Shown here: positions 24,560 through 37,600 of the stretch, piece by piece
Layout: every line of letters starts with the position of its first letter
How positions within the stretch are numbered: position 1 is the first letter of the stretch
From: the human T2T-CHM13v2.0 reference genome, Homo sapiens
DNA length: 64,000 bases
NCBI RefSeq assembly: GCF_009914755.1
Contig: NC_060943.1
Reading direction: 5' to 3' (one strand)
Notes under the pieces: model-generated
Seen by the model: only the letters and a program-made list of their open reading frames with translations
Databases searched by the model: none
What the model was told of the DNA's origin: nothing
Made by a program: the position numbers and the translations under genes

Positions 24560-27500
24560 GACAGAAGAATTCTCAGTAACTTCCTTGTGTTGTGTGAATT
24601 CACCTCACGGAGTTGAACGATCGTTTACACAGAGCAGACTTGAAACACTCTTTTTGTGGAATTTGCAAGTGGAGATTTCAGCCGCTTTGTGGTCAATAGT
24701 AGAATAGGAAATATCTTCCTATAGAAACTAGACAGAATGATTGTCAGAAACTCCTTTGTGATGTGTGCGTTCAACTCACAGAGTTTATCCTTTCTTTTCA
24801 TAGAGCAGTTAGGAAACACTCTGTTTGTAAAGTCTGCAAGTGGATATTCAGACATCTTTGAGGCTTTCGTTGGAAACGGGATTTCTTCATATTCTGCTAT
24901 ACAGAAGAATTCTCAGAAACTTCCTTGTGTTCTGTGTTTTCAACTCACAGAGTTGAACGATGCTTTACACAGAGTAGACTTGAAACACTCTTGTTGTGGA
25001 ATTTGCAAGTGGAGATTTCAGCCGCTTTGAGGTCAATGGTAGAATAGGAAATATCTTCCTATAGAAACTAGACAGAATGATTCTCAGAAACTCTTTTGTG
25101 ATGTGTGCGTTCAACTCACAGAGTTTAACCTTTCTTTTCATAGAGCAGTTAGGAAACACTCTGTTTGTAAAGTCTGCAAGTGGATATTCTGACCTCCTTG
25201 AGGCCTTCGTTGGAAACGGGATTTCTTCATATTATGCTAGACAGAAGAATTCTCAGTAACTTCCTTGTGTTGTGTGTATTCAACTCACAGAGTTAAACGA
25301 TCCTTTACACAGAGCAGACTTGAAACACTCTTTTTGTGGAATTTGCAAGTGGAGATTTCAGCCGCTTTGAGGTCAATGGTAGAATAGGAAATATCTTCCT
25401 ATAGAAACTAGACAGAATGATTCTCAGAAACTCCTTTGTGATGTGTGCGTTCAACTCACAGAGTTTAACCTTTCTTTTCATAGAGCAGTTAGGAAACACT
25501 CTGTTTTTATAGTCTGCAAGTGGATATTCAGACATCTTTGAGGCCTTCGTTGGAAGCGGGATTTCTTCATATTCTGCTATACAGAAGAATTCTCAGAAAC
25601 TTCCTTGTGTTGTGTGTTTTCAACTCACAGAGTTGAACGATGCTTTACACAGAGTAGACTTGAAACACTCTTTTTGTGTAATTTGCAAGTGGAGATTTCA
25701 GCCGCTTTGAGGTCAATGGTAGAAAAGGAAATATCTTCGTATAAAAACTAGACAGAATGATTCTCAGAAACTCCTTTGTGATGTGTGCGTTCAACTCACA
25801 GAGTTTAACCTTTCTTTTCATAGAGCAGTTAGGAAACACTCTGTTTGTAAACTCTGCAAGTGGATATTCAGACATCTTTGAGGCTTTCGTTGGAAACGGG
25901 ATTTCCTCATATTCTGCTATACAGAAGAATTCTCAGAAACTTCCTTGTGTTGTGTGTTTTCAACTCACAGAGTTGAACGATGCTTTACACAGAGTAGACT
26001 TGAAACACTCTTTTTGTGTAATTTGCAAGTGGAGATTTCAGCCGCTTTGAGGTCAATGGTAGAAAAGGAAATATCTTCATATAAAAACTAGACAGAATGA
26101 TTCTCAGAAACTCCTTTGTGATGTGTGCGTTCAACTCACAGAGTTTAACCTTTCTTTTCATAGAGCAGTTAGGAAACACTCTGTTTGTAACGTCTGCAAG
26201 TGGATATTCAGACATCCTTGAGGCTTTCGTTGGAAACGGGATTTCTTCATATTCTGCTATACAGAAGAATTCTCAGAAACTTCCTTGTGTTGTGTGTTTT
26301 CAACTCACAGAGTTGAACGATGCTTTACACAGAGTAGACTTGAAACACTCTTTTTGTGTAATTTGCAAGTGGAGATTTCAGCCGCTTTGAGGTCAATGGT
26401 AGAAAAGGAAATATCTTCGTATAAAAACTAGACAGAATGAATCTCAGAAACTACTTTGTGATGTGTGCGTTCAACTCACAGAGTTTAACCTTTCTTTTCA
26501 TAGAGCAGTTAGGAAACACTCTGTTTGTAAAGTCTGCAAGTGGATATTCAGACATCCTTGAGGCTTTCGTTGGAAACGGGATTTCTTCATATTCTGGTAT
26601 ACAGAAGAATTCTCAGAAACTTCCTTGTGTTGTGTGTTTTCAACTCACAGAGTTGAACGATACTTTACACAGTGTAGACTTGAAACACTCTTGTTGTGGA
26701 ATTTGCAAGTGGAGATTTCAGCCGCTTTGAGGTCAATGGTAGAATAGGAAATATCTTCCTATAGAAACTAGACAGAATGATTCTCAGAAACTCCTTTGTG
26801 ATGTGTGCGTTCAACTCACACAGTTTAACCTTTCTTTTCATAGAGCAGTTGGGAAACACTCTGTTTGTAAAGTCTGCAAGTTGATATTCAGACCTCTTTG
26901 AGGCCTTCGTTTGAAACGGGATTTCTTCATATTCTGCTAGAAAGAAGAATTCTCAGTAACTTCCTTGTGTTGTGTGTATTCAACTCACAGAGTTGAATGA
27001 TCCTTTACACAGAACAGACTTGAAACACTCTTTTTGTGGAATTTGCAAGTGGAGATTTCAGCTGCTTTGAGGTCAATGGTAGAAAAGGAAATATCTTCCT
27101 ATAGAAACTAGACAGAATGATTTTCAGAAACTCCTTTGTGATGTGTGCGTTCAACTCACAGAGTTTAACCTTTCTTTTCATAGAGCAGTTAGGAAACACT
27201 CTGTTTGTAAAGTCTGCAAGTGGATATTCAGACATCTTTGAGGCTTTCGTTGGAAACGGGATTTCTTCGTATTCTGCTATACAGAAGAATTCTCAGAAAC
27301 TTCCTTGTGTTGTGTGTTTTCAACTCACAGATTTGAACGATGCTTTACACAGAGTAGACTTGAAACACTCTTTTTGTGGAATTTGCAAGTGGAGATTTCA
27401 GCCGCTTTGAGGTCAATGGTAGAATAGGAAATATCTTCCTATAGAAACTAGACAGAATGATTCTCAGAAACTCCTTTGTGATGTGTGCGTTGAACTCATA

Positions 27501-30500
27501 GAGTTTAACCTTTCTTTTCATAGAGCAGTTAGGAAACACTCTGTTTTTATAGTCTGCAAGTGGATATTCAGACCTCTTTGAGGCCTTCGTTGGAAACGGG
27601 ATTTCTTCATATTCTGCTAGAGAGAAGAATTCGCAGTAACTTCATTGTGTTGTCGGTATTCAACTCACAGAGTTCAACGATCCTTTACACAGAGGAGACT
27701 TGAAACTCTCTTTTTGTGGAATTTGCAAGTGGAGATTTCAGCCGCTTTGAGGTCAATGGTAGAAAAGGAAATATCTTCCTATAGAAACTAGACAGAATGA
27801 TTCTCAGAAACTCCTTTGTGATGTGTGCGTTCAACTCACAGAGTTTAACCTTTCTTTTCATAGACCAGTTAGGAAACACTCTGTTTTTATAGTCTGTAAG
27901 TGGATATTCAGACATCTTTGAGGCCTTCATTGGAAACGGGATTTCTTCATATTCTGCTATACAGAAGAATTCTCAGAAACTTCCTTGTGTTGTGTGTTTT
28001 CAACTCACAGAGTTGAACGATGCTTTACACAGAGTAGACTTGAAACACTCTTTTTGTGTAATTTGCTAGTGGAGATTTCAGCCGCTTTGAGTTCAATGGT
28101 AGAAAAAGAAATATCTTCGTATAAAAATTAGACAGAATGATTCTCAGAAACTCCTTTGTGATGTGTGCGTTCAACTCACAGAGTTTAACCTTTCTTTTCA
28201 TAGAGCAGTTAGGAAACACTCTGTTTTTAAAGTCTGCAAGTGTATATTCAGACATCCTTGAGGCTTTCGTTGCAAACGGGATTTCTTCATATTCTGCTAT
28301 ACAGAAGAATTCTCAGAAACTTCCCTGTGTTGTGTGAATTCAACTCACAGAGTTGAACGATCCTTTACACAGAGCAGACTTGAAACACTCTTTTTGTGGA
28401 ATTTGCAAGTGGAGATTTCAGCCGCTTTGAGGTCAATGGTAGAATAGGGAATATCTTCCTATAGAAACTAGACAGAATGATTCCCAGAAACTCCTTTGTG
28501 ATGTGTGCGTTCAACTCACAGAGTTTAACCTTTCTTTTCATAGAGCAGTTAGGAAACACTCTGTTTGTAAAGACTGCAAGTGGATATTCAGACCTCCTTG
28601 AGGCCTTCGTTGGAAACAGGATTTCTTCATATTATGCTAGACAGAAGAATTCTCAGTAACTTCCTTGTGTTGTGTGTATTCAACTCACAGAGTTGAACGA
28701 TCCTTTACACAGAGCAGACTTGAAACACTCTTTTTGTGGAATTTGCAAGTGGAGATTTCAGCCGCTTTGAGGTCAATGGTAGAATAGGAAATATCTTCCT
28801 ATAGAAACTAGACAGAATGATTCTCAGAAACTCCTTTGTGATGTGTGCATTCAACTCACAGAGTTTAACCTTTCTTTTCATAGAGCAGTTAGGAAACACT
28901 CTGTTTGTAAAGTCTGTAAGTGGATATTCAGACCTCTTTGAGGCCTTCCTTGGAAACGGGATTTCTTCATATTCTGCTAGAGAGAAGAATTCTCAGTAAC
29001 TTCCTTGTGTTGTGTGTATTCAACTCACAGAGTTGAACGATCCTTTACACAGAGCAGACTTGAAACACTCTTGTTGTGTAATTTGCAAGTGGAGATTTCA
29101 GCCGCTTTGAGGTCAATGGTAGAATAGGAAATATCTTCCTATAGAAACTAGACAGAATGATTCTCAGAAACTCCTTTGTGATGTGTGTGTTCAACTCACA
29201 GAGTTTAACCTTTCTTTTCATAGAGCAGTTAGGAAACACTCTGTTTGTAAAGTCTGCAAGTGGATATTCAGACCTCTTTGAGGCCTTCGTTGGAAACGGG
29301 ATTTCTTCATATTCTGCTAGACAGAAGAATTCTCAGTAACTTCCTTGTGTTGTGTGAATTCACCTCACAGAGTTGAACGATCGTTTACACAGAGCAGACT
29401 TGAAACACTCTTTTTGTGGAATTTGCAAGTGGAGATTTCAGCCGCTTTGTGGTCAATAGTAGAATAGGAAATATCTTCCTATAGAAACTAGACAAAATGA
29501 TTGTCAGAAACTCCTTTGTGATGTGTGCGTTCAACTCACAGAGTTTATCCTTTCTTTTCATAGAGCAGTTAGGAAACACTCTGTTTGTAAAGTCTGCAAG
29601 TGGATATTCAGACATCTTTGAGGCTTTCATTGGAAACGGGATTTCTTCATATTCTGCTATACAGAAGAATTCTCAGAAACTTCCTTGTGTTCTGTGTTTT
29701 CAACTCACAGAGTTGAACGATGCTTTACACAGAGTAGACTTGAAACACTCTTGTGGAATTGGCAAGTGGAGATTTCAGCCGCTTTGAGGTCAATGGTAGA
29801 ATAGGAAATATCTTCCTATAGAAACTAGACAGAATGATTCTCAGAAACTCTTTTGTGATGTGTGCGTTCAACTCACAGAGTTTAACCATTCTTTTCATAG
29901 AGGAGTTAGGAAACACTCTGTTTGAAAAGTCTGCAAGTGGATATTCTGACCTCCTTGAGGCCTTCGTTGGAAACGGGATTTCTTCATATTATGCTGGACA
30001 GAAGAATTCTCAGTAACTTCCTTGTAGTGTGTGTATTCAACTCACAGAGTTAAACGATCCTTTACACAGAGCAGACTTGAAACACTCTTTTTGTGGAATT
30101 TCCAAGTGGAGATTTCAGCCGCTTTGAGGTCAATGGTAGAATAGGAAATATCTTCCTATAGAAACTAGACAGAATGATTCTCAGAAACTCCTTTGTGATG
30201 TGTGCGTTCAACTCACAGAGTTTAACCTTTCTTTTCATAGAGCAGTTAGGAAACACTCTGTTTTTATAGTCTGCAAGTGGATATTCAGACATCTTTGAGG
30301 CCTTCGTTGGAAACGTGATTTCTTCATATTCTGCTATACAGAAGAATTCTCAGAAACTTCCTTGTGTTGTGTGTTTTCAACTCACAGAGTTGAACGATGC
30401 TTTACACAGAGTAGACTTGAAACACTCTTTTTGTGTAATTTGCAAGTGGAGATTTCAGCCGCTTTGAGGTCAATGGTAGAAAAGGAAATATCTTCGTATA

Positions 30501-31640
30501 AAAACTAGACAGAATGATTCTCAGAAACTACTTTGTGATGTGTGCGTTCAACTCACAGAGTTTAACCTTTCTTTTCATAGAGCAGTTAGGAAACACTCTG
30601 TTTGTAAAGTCTGCAAGTGGATATTCAGACATCCTTGAGGCTTTCGTTGGAAACGGGATTTCTTCATATTCTGCTATACAGAAGAATTCTCAGAAACTTC
30701 CTTGTGTTGTGTGTTTTCAACTCACAGAGTTGAAGGATGCTTTACACAGTGTAGACTTGAAACACTCTTGTTGTGGAATTTGCAAGTGGAGATTTCAGCC
30801 GCTTTGAGGTCAATGGTAGAATAGGAAATATCTTCCTATAGAAACTAGACAGAATGATTCTCAGAAACTCCTTTGTGATGTGTGCGTTCAACTCACAGAG
30901 TTTAACCTTTCTTTTCATAGAGCAGTTAGGAAACACTCTGTTTGTAAAGTCTGCAAGTGGATATTCAGACCTCTTTGAGGCCTTCGTTTGAAACGGGATT
31001 TCTTCATATTCTGCTAGAAAGAAGAATTCTCAGTAACTTCCTTGTGTTGTGTGTATTCAACTCACAGAGTTGAATGATCCTTTACACAGAACAGACTTGA
31101 AACACTCTTTTTGTGGAATTTGCAAGTGGAGATTTCAGCTGCTTTGAGGTCAATGGTAGAAAAGGAAATATCTTCCTATAGAAACTAGACAGAATGATTC
31201 TCAGAAACTCCTTTGTGATGTGTGCGTTCAACTCACAGAGTTTAACCTTTCTTTTCATAGAGCAGTTAGGAAACACTCTGTTTGTAAAGTCTGCAAGTGG
31301 ATATTCAGACATCTTTGAGGCTTTCGTTGGAAACGGGATTTCTTCGTATTCTGCTATACAGAAGAATTCTCAGAAACTTCCTTGTGTTGTGTGTTTTCAA
31401 CTCACAGATTTGAACGATGCTTTACAAAGAGTAGACTTGAAACACTCTTTTTGTGGAATTTGCAAGTGGAGATTTCAGCCGCTTTGAGGTCAATGGTAGA
31501 ATAGGAAATATCTTCCTATAGAAACTAGACAGAATGATTCTCAGAAACTCCTTTGTGATGTGTGCGTTCAACTCACAGAGTTTAACCTTTCTTTTCATAG
31601 AGCAGTTAGGAAACACTCTGTTTTTATAGTCTGCAAGTGG
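24560..31640 (+). repeat. Duplicated block at 4760-bp (14-dimer) then 4077-bp (12-dimer) offset
   Basis: GAATTCACCTC (24596/29356), GAGTTTATCC (24781/29541), TATTCTGACC (~25185/~29942); then ACAGTGTAGAC (~26669/~30746) and CAGCTGCTTT (~27059/~31136). Confidence 0.88.
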
Positions 31641-34600
31641 ATATTCAGACATCTTTGAGGCCTTCGTTGGAAACGGGATTACTTCATATTCTGCTATACA
31701 GAAGAATTCTCAGAAACTTCCTTGTGTTGTGTGTTTTCAACTCACAGAGTTCAACGATGCTTTACACAGAGTAGACTTGAAACACTCTTTTTGTGTAATT
31801 TGCAAGTGGAGATTTCAGCCGCTTTGAGGTCAATGGTAGAAAAGGAAATATCTTCGTATAAAAACTAGACAGAATGATTCTCAGAAACTCCTTTGTGATG
31901 TCTGCGTTCAACTCACAGAGTTAAACTTTCTTTTCATAGAGCAGTTAGGAAACACTCTGTTTGTAAAGTCTGCAAGTGGATATTCAGACCTCCTTGAGGC
32001 CTTCGTTGGAAAAGGGATTTCTTCATATTATGCTAGACAGAAGAATTCTCAGTAACTTCCTTGTGTTGTGTGTATTCAAATCACAGAGTTGAACGATCCT
32101 TTACACAGAGCAGACTTGAAACACTTTTTGTGGAATTTGCAAGCGGAGATTTCAGCCGCTTTGAGGTCAATGGTAGAATAGGAAATATCTTCCTATAGAA
32201 ACTAGACAGAATGATTCTCAGAAACTCCTTTGTGATGTGTGCGTTCAACTCACAGAGTTTAACCTTTCTTTTCATAGAGCAGTTGGGAAACACTCTGTTT
32301 GTAAAGTCTGCAAGTGGATATTCAGACCTCTTTGAGGCCTTCGTTGGAAACGGGATTTCTTCATATTCTGCTAGACAGAAGAATTCTCAGTAACTTCCTT
32401 GTGTTGTGTGTATTCAACTCACAGAGTTGAATGATCCTTTACACAGAACAGACTTGAAACACTCTTTTTGTGGAATTTGCAAGTGGAGATTTCAGCCGCT
32501 TTGAGGTCAATGGTAGAATAGGAAATATCTTCCTATAGAAACTAGACAGAATGATTCTCAGAAACTCCTTTGTGATGTGTGCGTTCAACTCACAGAGTTT
32601 AACCTTTCTTTTCATAGAGCAGTTAGGAAACACTCTGTTTGTAAAGTCTGCAAGTGGATATTCAGACCTCCTTGAGGCCTTCGTTGGAAATGGGATTTCT
32701 TCATATTATGCTAGACAGAAGAATTCTCAGTAACTTCCTTGTGTTGTGTGTATTCAACTCACAGAGTTGAACGATCCTTTACACAGAGCATACTTGAAAC
32801 ACTCTTGTTGTGGAATTTGCAAGGGGAGATTTCAGCCGCTTTGAGGTCAATGGTAGAATAGGAAACATCTTCCTATAGGAACTAGACAGAATGATTCTCA
32901 GAAACTCCCTTGTGATGTGTGCGTTCAACTCACAGAGTTTAACCTTTCTTTTCATAGAGCAGTTAGGAAACACTCTGTTTGTAAAGTCTGCAAGTGGATA
33001 TTCAGACCTCTTTGAGGCCTTCGTTGGAAACGGGATTTCTTCATATTATGCTAGACAGAAGAATTCTCAGTAACTTCCTTGTGTTGTGTGTTTTCAACTC
33101 ACAGAGTTCAACGATCCTTTACATAGAGTAGACTTGAAACACTCTTTTTGTGGAATTGGCAAGTGGAGATTTCAGCCGCTTTGAGGTCAATGGTAGAAAA
33201 GGAAATATCTTCGTATAAAAAATAGACAGAGTGATTCTCAGAAACTCCTTTGTGATGTCTGCGTTCAACTCACAGAGTTTAACCTTTCTTTTCATAGAGC
33301 AGTTAGGAAACACTCTGTTTGTAAAGTCTGCAAGTGGATATTCAGACCTCTTTGAGGCCTTCGTTGGAAACGGGATTTCTTCATATTCTGCTAGACAGAA
33401 GAATTCTCAGTAACTTCCTTGTGTTGTGTGTATTCAACTCACAGAGTTGAATGATCCTTTACACAGAGCAGACTTGAAACACTCTTTTTGTGGAATTTGC
33501 AAGTGGAGATTTCAGCCGCTTTGAGTTCAATGGTAGAATAGGAAATATCTTCCTATAGAAACTAGACAGAATGATTCTCAGAAACTCCTTTGTGATGTGT
33601 GCGTTCAACTCACAGAGTTCAACCTTTCTTTTCATAGAGCAGTTGGGAAACACTCTGTTTGTAATGTCTGCAAGTGGATATTCAGACTTCTTTGAGGCTT
33701 TCGTTGGAAGCGGGATTTCTTCATATTCTGCTATACAGAAGAATTCTCAGAAACTTCCTTGTGTTGTGTGTTTTCAACTCACAGAGTTGAACGATGCTTT
33801 ACACAGTGTAGACTTGAAACACTCTTGTTGTGGAATTTGCAAGTGGAGATTTCAGCCGCTTTGAGGTCAATGGTAGAATAGGAAATATCTTCCTATAGAA
33901 ACTAGACAGAATGATTCTCAGAAACTCCTTTGTGATGTGTGCGTTCAACTCACAGAGTTTAACCTTTCTTTTCATAGAGCAGTTAGGAAACACTCTGTTT
34001 GTAAAGTCTGCAAGTGGATATTCAGACATCTTTGAGGCTTTCGTTGGAAACGGGATTTCTTCATATTCTGCTAGACAGAAGAATTCTCAGAAACTTCGTT
34101 GTGTTGTGTGTTTTCAACTCACAGAGTTCAACGATCCTTTACACAGAGTAGACTTGAAACACTCTTTTTGTGGAATTGGCAGGGAGGAGATTTCAGCCGC
34201 TTTGAGGTCAATGGTAGAAAAGGAAATATCTTCGTATAAAAACTAGACAGAGTGATTCTCAGAAACTCCTTTGTGATGTCTGCGTTCAACTCACAGAGTT
34301 TAACCTTTCTTTTCATAGAGCAGTTAGGAAACACTCTGTTTGTAAAGTCTGCAAGTGGATATTCAGACCTCCTTGAGGCCTTCGTTGGAAACGGGATTTC
34401 TTCATATTCTGCTATACAGAAGAATTCTCAGAAACTTCCTTGTGTTGTGTGTATTCAACTCACAGAGTTGAACGATCGTTTACACAGAGCAGACTTGAGA
34501 CACTCTTTTTGTGGAATTTGCAAGTGGAGATTTCAGCCGCTTTGAGGTCAATGGTAGAAAAGGAAATATCTTCATATAAAAACTAGACAGAATGATTCTC

Positions 34601-37600
34601 AGAAACTCCTTTGTGATGTGTGCGTTCAACTCACAGAGTTTAACCTTTCTTTTCATAGAGCAGTTAGGAAACACTCTGTTTGTAAAGTCTGCAAGTGGAT
34701 ATTCAGACCTCTTTGAGGCCTTCGTTGGAAACGGGATTTCTTCATAATATGCTAGACAGAAGAATTCTCAGTAACTTCCTTGTGTTGTGTGTATTCAACT
34801 CACAGAGTTGAACGAACCTTTACACAGAGCAGACTTGAAACACTCTTTTTGTGGAATTTGCAAGTGTAGATTTCATCCGCTTTGAGGTCAATGGTAGAAA
34901 AGGAAATATCTTCGTATAAAAACTAGACAGAATGATTCTGAGAAACTCCTTTGTGATGTGTGCGTTCAACTCACAGAGTTTAACCTTTCTTTTCATAGAG
35001 CAGTTAGGAAACACTCTGTTTGTAAAGTCTGCAAGTGGATATTCAGACCTCCTTGAGGCCTTCGTTGGAAACGGGATTTCTTCATATTATGCTAGACAGA
35101 AGAATTCTCAGTAACTTCCTTGTGTTGTGTGTATTCAACTGACAGAGTTGAACGATCCTTTACACAGAGCAGACTTGAAACACTCTTTTTGTGGAATTTG
35201 CAAGTGGAGATTTCAGCCGCTTTGAGTTCAATGGTAGAATAGGAAATATCTTCCTATAGAAACTAGACAGAATGATTCTCAGAAACTCCTTTGTGATGTG
35301 TGCGTTCAACTTACAGAGTTCAACCTTTCTTTTCATAGAGCAGTTGGGAAACACTCTGTTTGTAAAGTCTGCAAGTGGATATTCGGACTTATTTGAGGCC
35401 TTCGTTGGAAGCGGGATTTCTTCATATTCTGCTAGACAGAAGAATTCTCAGTAACTTCCTTGTGTTGTGTGTATTCAACTCACAGAGTTGAACGATCCTT
35501 TACACAGAGCAGACTTGAAACACTATTTTGTAGAATTTGCAAGTGGAGATTTCAGCCGCTTTGAGGTCAATGGTAGAATAGGAAATATCTTCCTATAGAA
35601 ACTAGACAGAATGATTCTCAGAAACTCCTTTGTGATGTGTGCGTTCAACTCACAGAGTTTAACCTTTCTTTTCATAGAGCAGTTAGGAAACACTCTGTTT
35701 GTAAAGTCTGCAAGTGGATATTCAGACATCCTTGAGGCTTTCGTTGGAAACGGGATTTCTTCATATTCTGCTAGACAGAAGAATTCTCAGAAACTTCGTT
35801 GTGTTGTGTGTTTTCAACTCACAGAGTTCAACGATCCTTTACACAGAGTAGACTTGAAACACTCTTTTTGTGGAATTGGCAGGGTGGAGATTTCAGCCGC
35901 TTTGAGGTCAATGGTAGAAAAGGAAATATCTTCGTATAAAAACTAGACAGAGTGATTCTCAGAAACTCCTTTGTGATGTCTGCGTTCAACTCACAGAGTT
36001 TAACCTTTCTTTTCATAGAGCAGTTAGGAAACACTCTGTTTGTAAAGTCTGCAAGTGGATATAGAGACCTCCTTTAGGCCTTCGTTGGAAATGGGATTTC
36101 TTCATATTCTGCTATACAGAAGAATTCTCAGAAACTTCCTTGTGTTGTGTGTACTCAACTCACAGAGTTGAACGATCGTTTACACAGAGCAGACTTGAGA
36201 CACTCTTTTTGTGGAATTTGTAAGTGGAGATTTCAGCCGCTTTGAGGTCAATGGTAGAAAAGGAAATATCTTCATATAAAAACTAGACAGAATGATTCTC
36301 AGAAACTCCTTTGTGATGTGTGCGTTCAACTCACAGAGTTTAACCTTTCTTTTCATAGAGCAGTTAGGAAACACTCTGTTTGTAAAGTCTGCAAGTGGAT
36401 ATTCAGACCTCTTTGAGGCCTTCGTTGGAAACGGGATTTCTTCATATTCTGCTAGAGAGAAGAATTCTCAGTAACTTCATTGTGTTGTGTGTATTCAACT
36501 CACAGATTTCAACGATCCTTTACACAGAGCAGACTTGAAACACTCTTTTTCTGGTATTTGCAAGTGGAGATTTCAGCCGCTTTGAGGTCAATGGTAGAAT
36601 AGGAAATATCTTCCTATAGAAACTAGACAGAATGATTCTCAGAAACTCCTTTGTGATGTGTGCGTTCAACTCACAGAGTTTAACCTTTCTTTTCATAGAG
36701 CAGTTAGGAAACACTCTGTTTGTAAAGTCTGCAAGTGGATATTCAGACCTCCTTGAGGCCTTCGTTGGAAACGGGATTTCTACATATAATGCTAGACAGA
36801 AGAATTCTCAGTAACTTCCTTGTGTTGTGTGTATTCAACTCACAGAGTTGAACGATCCTTTACACAGAGCAGACTTGAAACACTCTTTTTGTGGAATTTG
36901 CAAGTGGAGATTTCAGCCTCTTTGAGGTCAATGGTAGAATAGGAAATATCTTCCTATAGAAACTAGACAGAATGATTCTGAGAAACTCCTTTGTGATGTG
37001 TGCGTTCAACTCACAGAGTTTAACATTTCTTTTCATATAGCAGTTAGGAAACACTCTGTTTGTAAAGTCTGCAAGTGGATATTCAGACCTCCTTGAGGCC
37101 TTCGTTGGAAACGGGATTTCTTCCTATTCTGCTAGAGAGAAGAATTCTCAGTAACTTCATTGTGTTGTGTGTATTCAACTCACAGATTTCAACGATCCTT
37201 TACACAGAGCAGACTTGAAACACTCTTTTTCTGGTATTTGCAAGTGGAGATTTCAGCCGCTTTGAGGTCAATGGTAGAATAGGAAATATCTTCCTATAGA
37301 AACTAGACAGAATGATTCTCAGAAACTCCTTTGTGATGTGTGCGTTCAACTCACAGAGTTTAACCTTTCTTTTCATAGAGCAGTTAGGAAACACTCTGTT
37401 TGTAAAGTCTGCAAGTGGATATTCAGACCTCCTTGAGGCCTTCGTTGGAAACGGGATTTCTACATATTATGCTAGACAGAAGAATTCTCAGTAACTTCCT
37501 TGTGTTGTGTGTATTCAACTCACAGAGTTGAACGATCCTTTACACAGAGCAGACTTGAAACACTCTTTTTGTGGAATTTGCAAGTGGAGATTTCAGCCTC

